Below are positions 9,100 through 18,500 of a DNA stretch of 64,000 bases, piece by piece. This stretch comes from Candidatus Sulfotelmatobacter sp. (lineage in GTDB: Bacteria > Acidobacteriota > Terriglobia > Terriglobales > Acidobacteriaceae): contig DATBZH010000037.1 in NCBI GenBank assembly GCA_036513255.1, positions 15,542 to 79,541 on the forward strand, in the 5' to 3' direction. Under the pieces are notes generated by a model. That model worked only from the letters and a program-made list of their open reading frames with translations, did no database searches and was not told where the DNA came from. The position numbers and the translations under genes are program-made. The stretch's first letter is position 1; each line of letters begins with the position of its first letter.

Positions 9100-10479
9100 A
9101 TGTCGTCTCGAACAGACCAACTCGGATTTAGCTTTCGTCCGCCGGAGCGGCAGGTTTGGAAGGTGCGCGAACTGGTAGCGGCGGTGCGTACCCATGTGGA
9201 GCGCGAATATACGGACGCGTGGGTGGAAGGAGAGATATCAAATTTTCGCGCGCCGGATTCGGGGCACCTTTATTTCACGCTGAAGGATGGGAATGCGCAG
9301 ATTCGCGTGGTGATGTTCCGCTCCTCGGCTCGGCTGCTGCGTTTTCGTCCGGCGGATGGATTGCAGGCGCTGGTGCGCGGGCGCGTGACGGTGTACGAAG
9401 ACCGCGGCGAGCTTCAGATTTCGGCGGAATTTATTGAGCCCAAGGGCGCGGGCTCGCTGCAACTGGCGTTCGAGCAGCTTAAGGCGAAGTTGCAGGACGA
9501 AGGATTGTTTGCGGCAGAGCGCAAAAAAGCGATTCCGTCGCTGCCGGCGAGAATTGGCGTGGTAACGTCGCCGCAGGCAGCGGCATTGCGCGACATTCTG
9601 AATGTTTTGCGGCGTCGGCACCACACGGTGAGCGTGCTGATCTATCCGGCACAGGTGCAGGGTGACGCCGCGGCGGGAGAAGTCGCTGCGGGCGTGCGGG
9701 TTTTTAATCAGCGGAAAAATGTGGATGTGATTGTGGTGGCGCGCGGCGGCGGATCGACGGAAGATCTGGCGACGTTCAACGATGAAGGGCTGGCGCGGAC
9801 GGTTGCGGCGTCGGGGATTCCGGTGATTTCGGCGGTGGGTCACGAGACAGATTTTACGATTCTGGATTTCGTGGCTGATTTGCGGGCGCCTACGCCCTCC
9901 GCCGCTGCGGAGTTGGTAATTCGGTCGCGGCAGGAAGTGGAAGATCATTCGGCGGCCTTGCAGCAGCGGCTGGCGCGTGCAATGCGCTACCGCTTGCTGA
10001 TGGGACGTCAGGCATTGACGGAAGTGGCGCAGCACGGCGCGTTTGCGCGCATCATGGAAGTAATCAATCAGAGGCAGCAGAAAGTTGACGACCTTACTTA
10101 CAGGGCGGAACGGGCAGAACGGCGGTTGCTGGACCAGATGCGGCGGCGGTGGGAGACGACTGCGGCGGCGGTTCGCCATTACGACTTGCGGCTGGTGCTG
10201 AGTGGAATGAGGAAAGAGTTGACCGCCGGAACCGGGGCACTGGTGGCGGCGATGCGGAATTCGTTGCTGGTACACAAGGTGCGAAGCGAGCGGTTGCAGA
10301 CGGCGCTGGAGTCGCTGTCTCCACTGGCGATTTTGGAACGCGGATATGCGCTGGTGTTTGATGCGTCGGGCAAGCTGATCAAGGACGTCAACGGTGTGGA
10401 AACTGGGCAGAACATTTCTGCGCGGCTGGCGCGGGGCGAGATTAGGGCGCAGGTGACGGGGAAGAAGGTTGGTCGATAG
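9100..10479 (+). CDS. xseA: exodeoxyribonuclease VII large subunit
   Basis: It has an OB-fold N-terminus (WVEGEISNFRAPDSGHLYFTLKD), a catalytic core (ARGGGSTEDL, VGHETDFT) and a long helical tail. The ATG at 9100 follows GAGGG. The ORF-track start at 9049 overlaps the upstream gene. Confidence 0.9.
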   Translation: MSSRTDQLGFSFRPPERQVWKVRELVAAVRTHVEREYTDAWVEGEISNFRAPDSGHLYFTLKDGNAQIRVVMFRSSARLLRFRPADGLQALVRGRVTVYEDRGELQISAEFIEPKGAGSLQLAFEQLKAKLQDEGLFAAERKKAIPSLPARIGVVTSPQAAALRDILNVLRRRHHTVSVLIYPAQVQGDAAAGEVAAGVRVFNQRKNVDVIVVARGGGSTEDLATFNDEGLARTVAASGIPVISAVGHETDFTILDFVADLRAPTPSAAAELVIRSRQEVEDHSAALQQRLARAMRYRLLMGRQALTEVAQHGAFARIMEVINQRQQKVDDLTYRAERAERRLLDQMRRRWETTAAAVRHYDLRLVLSGMRKELTAGTGALVAAMRNSLLVHKVRSERLQTALESLSPLAILERGYALVFDASGKLIKDVNGVETGQNISARLARGEIRAQVTGKKVGR

Positions 10480-10486
10480 GCTCGGT

Positions 10487-10561
10487 CCTTGGTCGTCGGT
10501 CGTTGGCTCCTCCATGCTCATCGTCGGTTTGGCTAACGGCTAACGACCAGCGACTAACGAC
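10487..10561. repeat. REP-like palindromic element, GGTCGTTGG / CGACTAACGA type (copy 2)
   Basis: CCTTGGTCGTCGGTCGTTGGC ... GCTAACGGCTAACGACCAGCGACTAACGAC lies directly after the xseA stop. The sequence spanning the xseA stop (GGTTGGTCGATAG) also resembles copy 1 (CGTTGGTCGATCG). Confidence 0.6.
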
Positions 10562-10622
10562 TTACTCTCCAGCATTTAGAATGTGGGTGTACTGAGCGAA
10601 GCGGTTTTAGGGAAGATTTCCG

Positions 10623-11537
10623 ATGACGCAATTTGTTACGTCATGGTCGTCGTGGGCATGGATTGGGCTCGACATCCTGCTCGTTGCCCTGCTGATTTAT
10701 CAGGTGCTGACGATGATTCGCGGTACGCGCGCCGCGCCGATGCTGGCGGGTTTGGCCGTAATCGCAATCATGGTTTATTTGGCGCGGATTGGCGAACTGA
10801 CTACTTTGAACTGGGTGGTCAGCCGGTCCCTTCCTTATGTTGTCTTTGCTTTGATCGTAGTGTTTCAGGCGGAAATCCGGCACGTGCTGGCGAACCTGGG
10901 GCGCAGGTTGAGCTTCGCGCGGGCTTCGTCAAGGGATGGCGATTCCTATGATGACATTGTGCTGGCTGCGAACCTTTTTTCGCAGAATCAGACGGGCGCG
11001 CTGATTGTGATTGAGCGGGAGATTGGGCTGCGCACGCATGTGGAAAGCGGAGTGCCGCTCGATGCGAGGCTTTCTTACGATCTGTTGGCGACCATTTTTC
11101 GGCCGAGCGCGCCGCTACATGACGGCGCGGTGATCGTGCAGAAGGATCGCATTGCCGCGGCGGCGTGTTTCTTGCCGCTCTCGATGAATCCGATGCTTTC
11201 AACTCAATTGGGAACGCGCCACCGCGCGGGAATTGGAATCACGGAAGAGACCGACGCGATCGCAGTGATTGTGTCCGAAGAGACAGGCGCAATCAGCATG
11301 GCGGTGGGCGGCAAGATTGAGCGCGACTTAACGGTCGAGCAACTGCGCGAAAGGTTGAGTGTGGAGTTGCGGCGATATATGTCTCCAGTGACGCTGCCCA
11401 CGACGATTTCGCCTTCGGATGATTCGGATGCGGCGCTGGATTCGCCGCTGCGGGCGGAAGTGGATCTGGGCGGCGAATCCGGTGACGCACTCGACGTACA
11501 GAAAACCGCGGCCCCCGATGCGGAGCGACGCGCGTGA
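10623..11537 (+). CDS. cdaA: diadenylate cyclase CdaA (c-di-AMP synthase)
   Basis: Three N-terminal TM helices precede a DisA_N/DAC domain (HDGAVIV, GTRHRAGIGITEETDAIAVIVSEETGAIS). Confidence 0.9.
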   Translation: MTQFVTSWSSWAWIGLDILLVALLIYQVLTMIRGTRAAPMLAGLAVIAIMVYLARIGELTTLNWVVSRSLPYVVFALIVVFQAEIRHVLANLGRRLSFARASSRDGDSYDDIVLAANLFSQNQTGALIVIEREIGLRTHVESGVPLDARLSYDLLATIFRPSAPLHDGAVIVQKDRIAAAACFLPLSMNPMLSTQLGTRHRAGIGITEETDAIAVIVSEETGAISMAVGGKIERDLTVEQLRERLSVELRRYMSPVTLPTTISPSDDSDAALDSPLRAEVDLGGESGDALDVQKTAAPDAERRA

Positions 11538-12211
11538 TCAGTTTCTTTCAGCGATACGTGGTTCACAACTTTGGATTGAAAGTATTGTCATTGCTGCTGG
11601 CCACGGGATTGTGGATGGTGGTTTCGCCGGACGAACAGCCTGCAGAAGTGGCAGTGCGCGCGCCAATTGAGTTTGAGCACGTGCCCGATGCGCTGGAGAT
11701 TAGCTCGGAGACAATTCCCGAGGCGCAGATTCGAGTGCGCGGCCCGGAACGGTTGATCCGGCAATTGCGGTCGCAGGACGTGCGAGCGCACATTGACTTG
11801 ACTGGCGCCAAGCCAGGAGAGCGCACGTTTGATTTAACGGCGCAGGAAATTCAACGGCCGCGGGAGGTGAGCATCGTGCAGGTGGTGCCCAGCCAGGTTC
11901 ATCTCGCCTTTGATACGCGGCTGACCCGAGACGTGGAAATCCATCCGAGGGTAACGGGGACTTTTCTGCCGGGAGAGCAGATTACAAAAGTTGAGTCGGA
12001 ACCGGCGAAGATTACGGTGACTGGGCCGCGCCATCACGTGGAGCGGATCGATTCGGCAACCACCGATCTGGTGGATGCTTCAGGGATCACGGGGCAAGTG
12101 ACTTTCACGACGAATGTTTATGTCTCGGACCCGCTGGTGCAGGTGGTGCAGCCGGTGTTGATTCATGTGACAGTGGACGTAGAAAAGACAGCGAACGATC
12201 CGAAACATTAG
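11534..12211 (+). CDS. cdaR: YbbR-domain protein (CdaR-like regulator of CdaA)
   Basis: 225 aa with an N-terminal TM helix and repeated YbbR-like beta domains. Its start overlaps the cdaA stop by 4 nt, and it sits between cdaA and glmM. Confidence 0.7.
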   Translation: MISFFQRYVVHNFGLKVLSLLLATGLWMVVSPDEQPAEVAVRAPIEFEHVPDALEISSETIPEAQIRVRGPERLIRQLRSQDVRAHIDLTGAKPGERTFDLTAQEIQRPREVSIVQVVPSQVHLAFDTRLTRDVEIHPRVTGTFLPGEQITKVESEPAKITVTGPRHHVERIDSATTDLVDASGITGQVTFTTNVYVSDPLVQVVQPVLIHVTVDVEKTANDPKH

Positions 12212-12249
12212 TTGGCGAACATCTAATCCTTGCAACCATCCTTTCCTCT

Positions 12250-13629
12250 ATGAGCCAGCAAAATAGACAACTATTCGGGACTGACGGCATCCGCGGGGTT
12301 GCGGGCGAATTTCCGCTGACGCGGCAAAGCACTTATCTGATTGGGCGGGCGCTGGGCCATGACTTGATGCGGAGTGCACCGCGCGTCCAAGCCATAATCG
12401 GCCAGGATACACGCGAATCGAGCCAGTGGATTGCGGATCGCGTCGCGGCGGGGTTGGCGTCGATTGGAGTCGAGGTACACAGCGCGGGCGTGATTACGAC
12501 GCCGGGAGTCGCGTATCTGGCACGGTCGCGCGGATTCGCGGCGGGCGTGGTGATTTCCGCGTCGCACAATCCGTGGACGGATAATGGGATTAAAGTTTTT
12601 TCCGGCGATGGATTCAAGCTGACGGATGCGCGGGAACTCGCAATTGAAAAAGAAATCTTTACTCTGCTGGAGAATCCGTCGGCAACGGAGATAACCGCAT
12701 TGCGGATTGCAAAGCCTTCGCTGCCGGGCGAGGCGGAGTTGAGACGCGCTTATATTGAGTCGCTGGCAAGGAGTATTTCGTCGGACTTGAGCATGTTGCG
12801 CGTGCTGGTCGATTGCGCCAACGGCGCGGCGGCGGCTGAGGCGCCGGAGCTATTTCGCGGCTTGGGAATTCAGGCGACATTTATTCATGTGACGCCGGAT
12901 GGAAAAAATATTAATGAAGGCTGCGGAGCTCTGCACCCTGCAACTTTGGGCAAGACCGTGGCGGAATCAGGCGGGAAGTTTGATTTGGGAGTGACGTTTG
13001 ACGGCGACGCGGATCGGGCTTTGTTTTGCGATGCAGGCGGGCGAGTGGTAAATGGAGATGGCGTTCTGCTGACCGTGGCGCGCGATCTTCATGCGCGCGG
13101 CATGTTGAAAAACGACACTGTAGTGGCAACCACCATGTCGAATATGGGCCTGGAGATTGCGCTGAAGAAATCTGGCATTCGCATGTTGCGGGCGAATGTG
13201 GGCGACAAGTATGTCCTCGAAGAAATGTTAAAGAGCGGAGACACGCTGGGCGGAGAACAGTCGGGGCACATTATTTTTCGCGATGGCGATGCGACCACCG
13301 GCGACGGCTTGCTGACCGCGTTGCGCGTGATGGACGTGATCGTGCGCAGCGGGAAATCGCTGGCGGAGTTGGTGAGCGATTTGAAAGTGTTTCCCCAGAA
13401 AATTCAGAATGTGCGGGTGCGGGAGAAGATTCCGTTCGCGCAGGTGCCTGCAGTGCAGGCGGCAATTGATGCTGCCGAGCGTGAGCTAGATGGAAACGGC
13501 CGCATCGTAGTGCGGTATTCGGGGACCGAGGCACTGGCGCGAGTGATGGTGGAGGCAGAGTCGGAAGAGCGGATGCTGGCGCTGACCGCGGGGATTGCGG
13601 GGGAGATTCAGAGGGCACTCGGAGTGTGA
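12250..13629 (+). CDS. glmM: phosphoglucosamine mutase
   Basis: 459 aa. The N-terminus is FGTDGIRG, the active-site loop is SASHNPWTDNGIK, and GDGDADR and GEQSGH motifs are present. Confidence 0.95.
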   Translation: MSQQNRQLFGTDGIRGVAGEFPLTRQSTYLIGRALGHDLMRSAPRVQAIIGQDTRESSQWIADRVAAGLASIGVEVHSAGVITTPGVAYLARSRGFAAGVVISASHNPWTDNGIKVFSGDGFKLTDARELAIEKEIFTLLENPSATEITALRIAKPSLPGEAELRRAYIESLARSISSDLSMLRVLVDCANGAAAAEAPELFRGLGIQATFIHVTPDGKNINEGCGALHPATLGKTVAESGGKFDLGVTFDGDADRALFCDAGGRVVNGDGVLLTVARDLHARGMLKNDTVVATTMSNMGLEIALKKSGIRMLRANVGDKYVLEEMLKSGDTLGGEQSGHIIFRDGDATTGDGLLTALRVMDVIVRSGKSLAELVSDLKVFPQKIQNVRVREKIPFAQVPAVQAAIDAAERELDGNGRIVVRYSGTEALARVMVEAESEERMLALTAGIAGEIQRALGV

Positions 13630-13644
13630 GAGGAGGACGCAACC

Positions 13645-14181
13645 ATGATTGACAAAGTCGATCAACTGATGAGTCAAGCTCTTCAGGCGCGAAGAGAGAA
13701 TCGATTTGACGATGCGAAGCGCGATCTGGTCGAGGCCGTTGTGCTTTGCAGGGAAGCTCACGAGCCTGGTGAGTTGGCGAGGGCTCTGGCCGATCTTGGC
13801 CAGATTGAGAGAGACATGCATCACAACGACGCCGCGCTTCGGCACTACGAGGAAGCTGTGGCTCTTTACCGGGATCAAGGAGATCCGCTCAAACTGGCTC
13901 ATGCAATTCGGCATGTGGCGGACATTCAGCGGCATGTAAGGAATCATCAGCTCGCCGAAAGTTGTTACGATGAGACGCTGCGTATTTACCGCGAGCATCC
14001 GGAGACCCCGCCGCTGGATTTAGCCAACGCGCTCCGTGGCTGGGCGCTGTTGAAGGAGACGATGGGAGAAATCGAGGAAGCCCGCGCGCGCTGGCAAGAA
14101 GCGGGCAGGCTTTATGCGGACGTTCATGTGGAGGCAGGCGTGACGGAAAGCAACCGGCGATTGAAACTGTTGACGGTCTGA
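13645..14181 (+). CDS. tetratricopeptide-repeat protein
   Basis: 178 aa, all-helical, with repeated A..Y.EAL.LYR-type TPR units. It starts 15 nt after glmM. Confidence 0.55.
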   Translation: MIDKVDQLMSQALQARRENRFDDAKRDLVEAVVLCREAHEPGELARALADLGQIERDMHHNDAALRHYEEAVALYRDQGDPLKLAHAIRHVADIQRHVRNHQLAESCYDETLRIYREHPETPPLDLANALRGWALLKETMGEIEEARARWQEAGRLYADVHVEAGVTESNRRLKLLTV

Positions 14182-14219
14182 GGCTCTCTGCAATCAGCGG
14201 GGCGGCTTCTGAAGCTCGT

Positions 14220-14552
14220 TCACTCAAAGATCGGCGCTATCCTCGCCAGCACTTCATTCACGATCGCGTTCGGAATGCTCTCCAGTTTCTTGCCGCCGCG
14301 AGCAACGAGATCGAGAGCGCGAGGCTGATCGCAGCGAACAATCCCCGTCGTTTTGGTTCCCGCTCCCGCCAGGGGCACGGCGAAACCCGCGGCGCGCGCG
14401 AAATTGCCGCCGCTCGTAATCGGCAGAACTATTGGGACTTTCGTGATTCGATTGAAGGCTTCGGGAGATACGATCAGTACGGGACGGCGGCCCTTTTGCT
14501 CGTGGCCCGAGGTAGGATCGAGACTGACCAGCCAGATTTCGCCGCGCTTCAT
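14220..14552 (-). CDS. mazF: MazF/PemK family endoribonuclease toxin
   Basis: MKRGEIWLVSLDPTSGHEQKGRRPVLIVSPEAFN...PITSGG is the classical PemK/MazF N-terminus. AAGGAG lies 5 nt upstream of the ATG at 14552. The ORF-track start at 14630 is probably too far upstream. Confidence 0.85.
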   Translation of the reverse strand: MKRGEIWLVSLDPTSGHEQKGRRPVLIVSPEAFNRITKVPIVLPITSGGNFARAAGFAVPLAGAGTKTTGIVRCDQPRALDLVARGGKKLESIPNAIVNEVLARIAPIFE

Positions 14553-14590
14553 TGCTGCTCCTTGCGTTCCTCGCTCCATTCTGGGTTCCG

Positions 14591-14860
14591 TCAGACGAGT
14601 TCGCGGCCCACGGGCTTGCTGTCGAGCCATTCTCTTTCTTGTTTCGAGCCTCGTTTAGAACGACGGGCCTTAGGATCACATTGGGCCAGCAGTTCGTCCA
14701 GGCTATAGCGTCGGCGCGGACGTGGTTCCACGATGAGACGGCCGCTTTGAATCGCGATGCCGACCTTCGCGCCAGGCGCCAATTGGAGGATGTCGAGCAG
14801 CGCGGGCGGGACGGCCAGCATGACCGAGCCGCCGACTTTACGCAGGTTGGTGGTATGCAT
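14591..14860 (-). CDS. mazE: MazE/AbrB-SpoVT family antitoxin
   Basis: 89 aa. LRKVGGSVMLAVPPALLDILQLAPGAKVGIAIQSGRLIVEP is a swapped-hairpin AbrB/MazE fold signature. It lies directly upstream of mazF. Confidence 0.8.
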   Translation of the reverse strand: MHTTNLRKVGGSVMLAVPPALLDILQLAPGAKVGIAIQSGRLIVEPRPRRRYSLDELLAQCDPKARRSKRGSKQEREWLDSKPVGRELV

Positions 14861-14874
14861 CGCGGTTCCCCAGA

Positions 14875-14892
14875 GTTATACTATAGTATAAC
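14875..14892. promoter_or_regulatory. perfect 18-bp palindrome, candidate mazEF operator overlapping -10-like boxes
   Basis: GTTATACTATAGTATAAC is its own reverse complement. It lies 14 nt upstream of the mazE ATG and contains TATACT / TATAAC hexamers. Confidence 0.6.
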
Positions 14893-15333
14893 AGGAAGTC
14901 GAGGGATCCTTCGATTAGCTTCCTGCATAGTCAGACGCGTAGTGCATAGGCGGAGCGGGTTGGCGGAGCGCGCCAGCCCCTCAAGCGTCTCGATTTCGGT
15001 GACCCGTTGACGCCATGACGGCTCGTCACGTACGTTCGGATCGTTCTGGATGGACTGGCGCGCCTTGCTGTACATGGCGACAGCATTTGGGTAATCCCCG
15101 TCGGCGTGGCTGGAAAGACCTCGAGCGAAAAAGTTTTTCCAGTGAGAATCATCGACGAACTGCTCGACAATCTTGGCCATAAGGCGACGGAACTCTTTAT
15201 CCTCTACCGCGTTCTCCTCTGCTACCGAAAAAAGAACTGCATTGGCCGCAGTCCTGCGCAGCTGATGCCTGAAGCCAAAAGTGGAGAAAGGGACGGTTCT
15301 CTGCAACAGTTTCGCAGTAAAGGTCGACGCCAA
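14881..15333 (-). CDS. hypothetical protein (weak call)
   Basis: 150-aa ORF with no recognised motif. Its stop falls inside the mazE operator palindrome. It could be spurious. Confidence 0.3.
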   Translation of the reverse strand: MASTFTAKLLQRTVPFSTFGFRHQLRRTAANAVLFSVAEENAVEDKEFRRLMAKIVEQFVDDSHWKNFFARGLSSHADGDYPNAVAMYSKARQSIQNDPNVRDEPSWRQRVTEIETLEGLARSANPLRLCTTRLTMQEANRRIPRLPVIL

Positions 15334-15506
15334 CGTCAGTGTCGGCGGCTACAGGCCTCACCAGACATTCGGAGCTTAGCCTATTCATGAGCAGCGCCGT
15401 ACCGTAGTTCCCTTAAGTCGATTTTCCATGACGACGGGCATAGATTTCTCCCAAAGAAATTTTATTTGCGTCGCGGCGCTTGGCGGACAAGAGTGTCCGC
15501 CGCAGA

Positions 15507-18404
15507 CTAATCCAAATCTCTCCAGTTGGGACCTGTGCCCATTTCTACAAGCAACGGCACCGCGAGCGCATGGGCTTTTTCCATCTGCTCGCGGACCAGG
15601 GACTGCATTGTGTCTACTTCCTTTTCTGGGACTTCGAAGACCAACTCGTCGTGGACTTGCAGGGTCATTCTGGATTTAAGGTCGCGCTCGCGCAACGCTT
15701 TGTCGATGCGGATCATTGCGACTTTGATCAAGTCGGCGGCGGTGCCTTGCAGTGGGGTGTTCACGGCGGTGCGTTCGGCGAAGCCGCGCTGGTTGGCGTT
15801 TTTGCTGTTGATGTCGGGGATGGGGCGAATGCGGCCATGGAGGGTTTTTACTTTTAGGTCGCGGCGAGCTTGCTCGAGAGTTTTGTCGATGAAGGCGCGG
15901 ACGCCTTTGTATTGTTCGAAATAGTTGGCGATGAATTGTTTGGCTTCGGCGGGTTCAATGCCGAGATTTTGCGAGAGGCCGAAGGGCGAGAGTCCGTAGA
16001 CGATGCCGAAGTTGACGACCTTGGCCTGACGGCGATGGTCGGCGGTGACCATGAGCGGCGGAACGCCGAAGACTTGCGAGGCGGTGAGCGTGTGGATGTC
16101 GTCGCCGCGGCGGTAAGCTTCGACGAGGAGCGGATCATGCGAGAAATGGGCGAGCAGGCGAAGCTCGATCTGCGAGTAGTCGGCGGTGAGCAGCACGTGG
16201 CCCGGTTCGGCAATAAAGGCGACGCGAATGCCGCGTCCGAGTTCGGTGCGGATGGGAATGTTTTGCAGATTCGGATTCGCGGATGAAAGGCGGCCCGTGG
16301 CGGTTCCGGTTTGACCGAAGGTGGTGTGGACGCGGCCGGTTTTAGGATCGATCAAGGCCGGTAATGTATCGACGTAGGTCGATTTAAGTTTTGTGAGCTG
16401 GCGGTAGTCGAGGACCATGCGGGCGATGGGATGATCTTCGGCGAGCGTTTCCAGCACATCCACGGCGGTCGATATGGTGCGGCCCTTGCCGTACTTCACG
16501 GGCTTGGGCAGATTCATGCGGTTGAAAAGAACGTCGCCGAGCTGCTTGGGGGAGCCGACGTTGAATTCCATTCCGGCCGCTTCGTGAATCGCTTTCTCCT
16601 GAGTCGCGATCTCGCGTTCGAGTTCAGACGACATTTTCGCCAAAGCAGCCGTATCGATCTTGACTCCGGCTTGCTCCATACGCGCCAGCACCGGAACCAG
16701 AGGCAGATCGATTTCCTCGTAGAGCCTGGTCAGACCTTCGCGCTCGACTTCGTCGCGCAGGGTAGTGGTGAGTCGTCCTGTAATGTCAGCGGCTTCGGCC
16801 AGGCTGCCGCCCAGTTTGAGATTGAAGCGGCGCAGGGCTACGTCGGGCAGGCGGTGTGAAGAATACGTTGGGTCGAGGAGATACGAATACAGCATCGAAT
16901 CGTGGCGCACGCCTTCGATTTCCAGACCTAATGGAGCAAGAGCGTGAATGGCTGATTTGTAATCGTGAATTGTCTTAGCCACAGAGGCGCTGGTCAGGGC
17001 GAAGCGCAATCTTGCGGCAGTCTCGGCGGAATCGAGCTTCACCACGACGGCGGAGCCTGCCTTTGCGGAGATGGCGACGCGCTGGGCTGCCAGGGCGACA
17101 TTGGCTGACGCTCCGGTGAGGGGCAGCATCGCTTCTTCCGGCTCTTCTTCTTTTTCTTCTTCCGGTTCGGGCGGGAATGCTGCTTCGACGGCTATTGCCA
17201 GATCGCCATCATCCGGTACGGAGCCCAGGACGCGTTCTACATCTGCTACCGATTCCGCTTCGGTATAGTGCGCGTCGGTGACTTCGACCACCGGCAGCAA
17301 TTCTTTGAGCAGCGAAGTGAATTCGAGTTCGGTAAAAAGATCGCGCAGCGCATCAATTTCCGGCTCGCCGGCTCGCATTGCGTTCACATCCAGTTCGAGG
17401 GGGACGTTGACATCGATGGTCGCCATGCTTTTGCTGAAGAGAATCGTGTCACGATTGTTCTGCAGCGACTCACGGTAGGTTTTCTTTTCCACTTCGGCAG
17501 CGCGTTCGAGCGCTTGTTCGACAGTGCCGAAGCGCTTGATGATTTCGACGGAACCTTTATCGCCGATGCCGGGCGCGCCGGGGATGTTGTCGATGGTGTC
17601 GCCGCGGAGGGCCATTACATCGACCACGCGCTCCGGAGGGACGCCAAGGATTTCTTCGACTTTCGCGGCGTCGCAGATCAAATTATCTTTCGGCGGATTC
17701 AGGATGCAGACTTTGTCGTTGACGAGCTGCATCATATCTTTGTCGCTGGAGACGACGTAGACCGAATGAGATGCGGCGGCGGCTTTGCGGGCCAGGGTGC
17801 CGATCACGTCGTCGGCTTCGAAGCCGGAAAGTTCGAGAATGGGGATGCGATAGGCTTCGAGCGCGCGGCGAATGTAGGGAACCTGCTGCGCCAGATCTTC
17901 CGGCATTGCCTTGCGATTCGCCTTGTAGCCTTTGTATTCGATTTCGGTGAAGGTTTGGGTTTTGATATCGAATTTGCGGACGCTGGTAATGGCTTCGGCC
18001 TGTTGCTTGCGGAAAGTGGGCGCGGCTACATCGAAGACTGCAGCCAGATATTCAGGAGAAAAATCGTCGCGAAGCTTGCGCAGCATGTTGACGAAGACAT
18101 AGATGGCAGCTGTCGGCAAGCCGGTTTTCGTCGACATGGGGCGCTGGCGAGCCATGGCGTGATAGGCGCGGAAGATGAACGACATGGTGTCGATCAAGAA
18201 GATGGCACCTTCGGCCACCGGCGCATTAACTTTCGCGGCGGGAGCGGGAACCGGAGCGGCGTCAGGCGCGGAAGACTTTGATTGCGGTGATATTTTTCGC
18301 GGAGGCAATGAGGTTAGTTTAACAGCCGGAGGATGAGAACGATGTTCTGAACATAGCGCGAATCCGCCTGAAGGCGCACAGCATAAACGATGACTATTTG
18401 ACAC
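15507..18404 (-). CDS. polA: DNA polymerase I
   Basis: It has a 5'-3' exonuclease domain (LIDTMSFIFRAYHA), a 3'-5' exo-like domain and a pol domain (DYSQIELR, QVHDELVFE). The start is uncertain. The ATG at 18404 adds about 60 low-complexity residues. The GTG at 18218 gives the usual short N-terminus (VAEGAIFLID). Confidence 0.95.
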   Translation of the reverse strand: MSNSHRLCCAPSGGFALCSEHRSHPPAVKLTSLPPRKISPQSKSSAPDAAPVPAPAAKVNAPVAEGAIFLIDTMSFIFRAYHAMARQRPMSTKTGLPTAAIYVFVNMLRKLRDDFSPEYLAAVFDVAAPTFRKQQAEAITSVRKFDIKTQTFTEIEYKGYKANRKAMPEDLAQQVPYIRRALEAYRIPILELSGFEADDVIGTLARKAAAASHSVYVVSSDKDMMQLVNDKVCILNPPKDNLICDAAKVEEILGVPPERVVDVMALRGDTIDNIPGAPGIGDKGSVEIIKRFGTVEQALERAAEVEKKTYRESLQNNRDTILFSKSMATIDVNVPLELDVNAMRAGEPEIDALRDLFTELEFTSLLKELLPVVEVTDAHYTEAESVADVERVLGSVPDDGDLAIAVEAAFPPEPEEEKEEEPEEAMLPLTGASANVALAAQRVAISAKAGSAVVVKLDSAETAARLRFALTSASVAKTIHDYKSAIHALAPLGLEIEGVRHDSMLYSYLLDPTYSSHRLPDVALRRFNLKLGGSLAEAADITGRLTTTLRDEVEREGLTRLYEEIDLPLVPVLARMEQAGVKIDTAALAKMSSELEREIATQEKAIHEAAGMEFNVGSPKQLGDVLFNRMNLPKPVKYGKGRTISTAVDVLETLAEDHPIARMVLDYRQLTKLKSTYVDTLPALIDPKTGRVHTTFGQTGTATGRLSSANPNLQNIPIRTELGRGIRVAFIAEPGHVLLTADYSQIELRLLAHFSHDPLLVEAYRRGDDIHTLTASQVFGVPPLMVTADHRRQAKVVNFGIVYGLSPFGLSQNLGIEPAEAKQFIANYFEQYKGVRAFIDKTLEQARRDLKVKTLHGRIRPIPDINSKNANQRGFAERTAVNTPLQGTAADLIKVAMIRIDKALRERDLKSRMTLQVHDELVFEVPEKEVDTMQSLVREQMEKAHALAVPLLVEMGTGPNWRDLD

Positions 18405-18500
18405 GTATAAATGCGTGCCCTGATACGAATCCCCGAAACTGACTACAGAGCGTACCGGTTAAGGTCTCTGCAATCAGACGTCGCTGTATACTCGTGTGCC

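Noticed and set aside
9238-10521. Long antisense ORFs: 427 aa opposite xseA, and likewise 17268-18281 opposite polA, 25007-26365 opposite the PPPDE-like gene, 31171-31881 and 32458-33642 opposite the giant secreted protein, 35565-36431, 52430-53092, 56071-56931, 57566-58243 and 60189-60878
   Set aside because: All are Arg/Pro/Gly/His-rich with no motifs. Each lies exactly opposite a gene with strong family signatures. This is the usual stop-poor antisense frame of GC-rich DNA.
18219-18404. N-terminal extension of about 60 aa on DNA polymerase I, as a possible novel domain
   Set aside because: The extension is low-complexity (Pro/Ala/Ser). A GTG at 18218 gives a canonical Pol I N-terminus. 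This is most likely just start-codon ambiguity.
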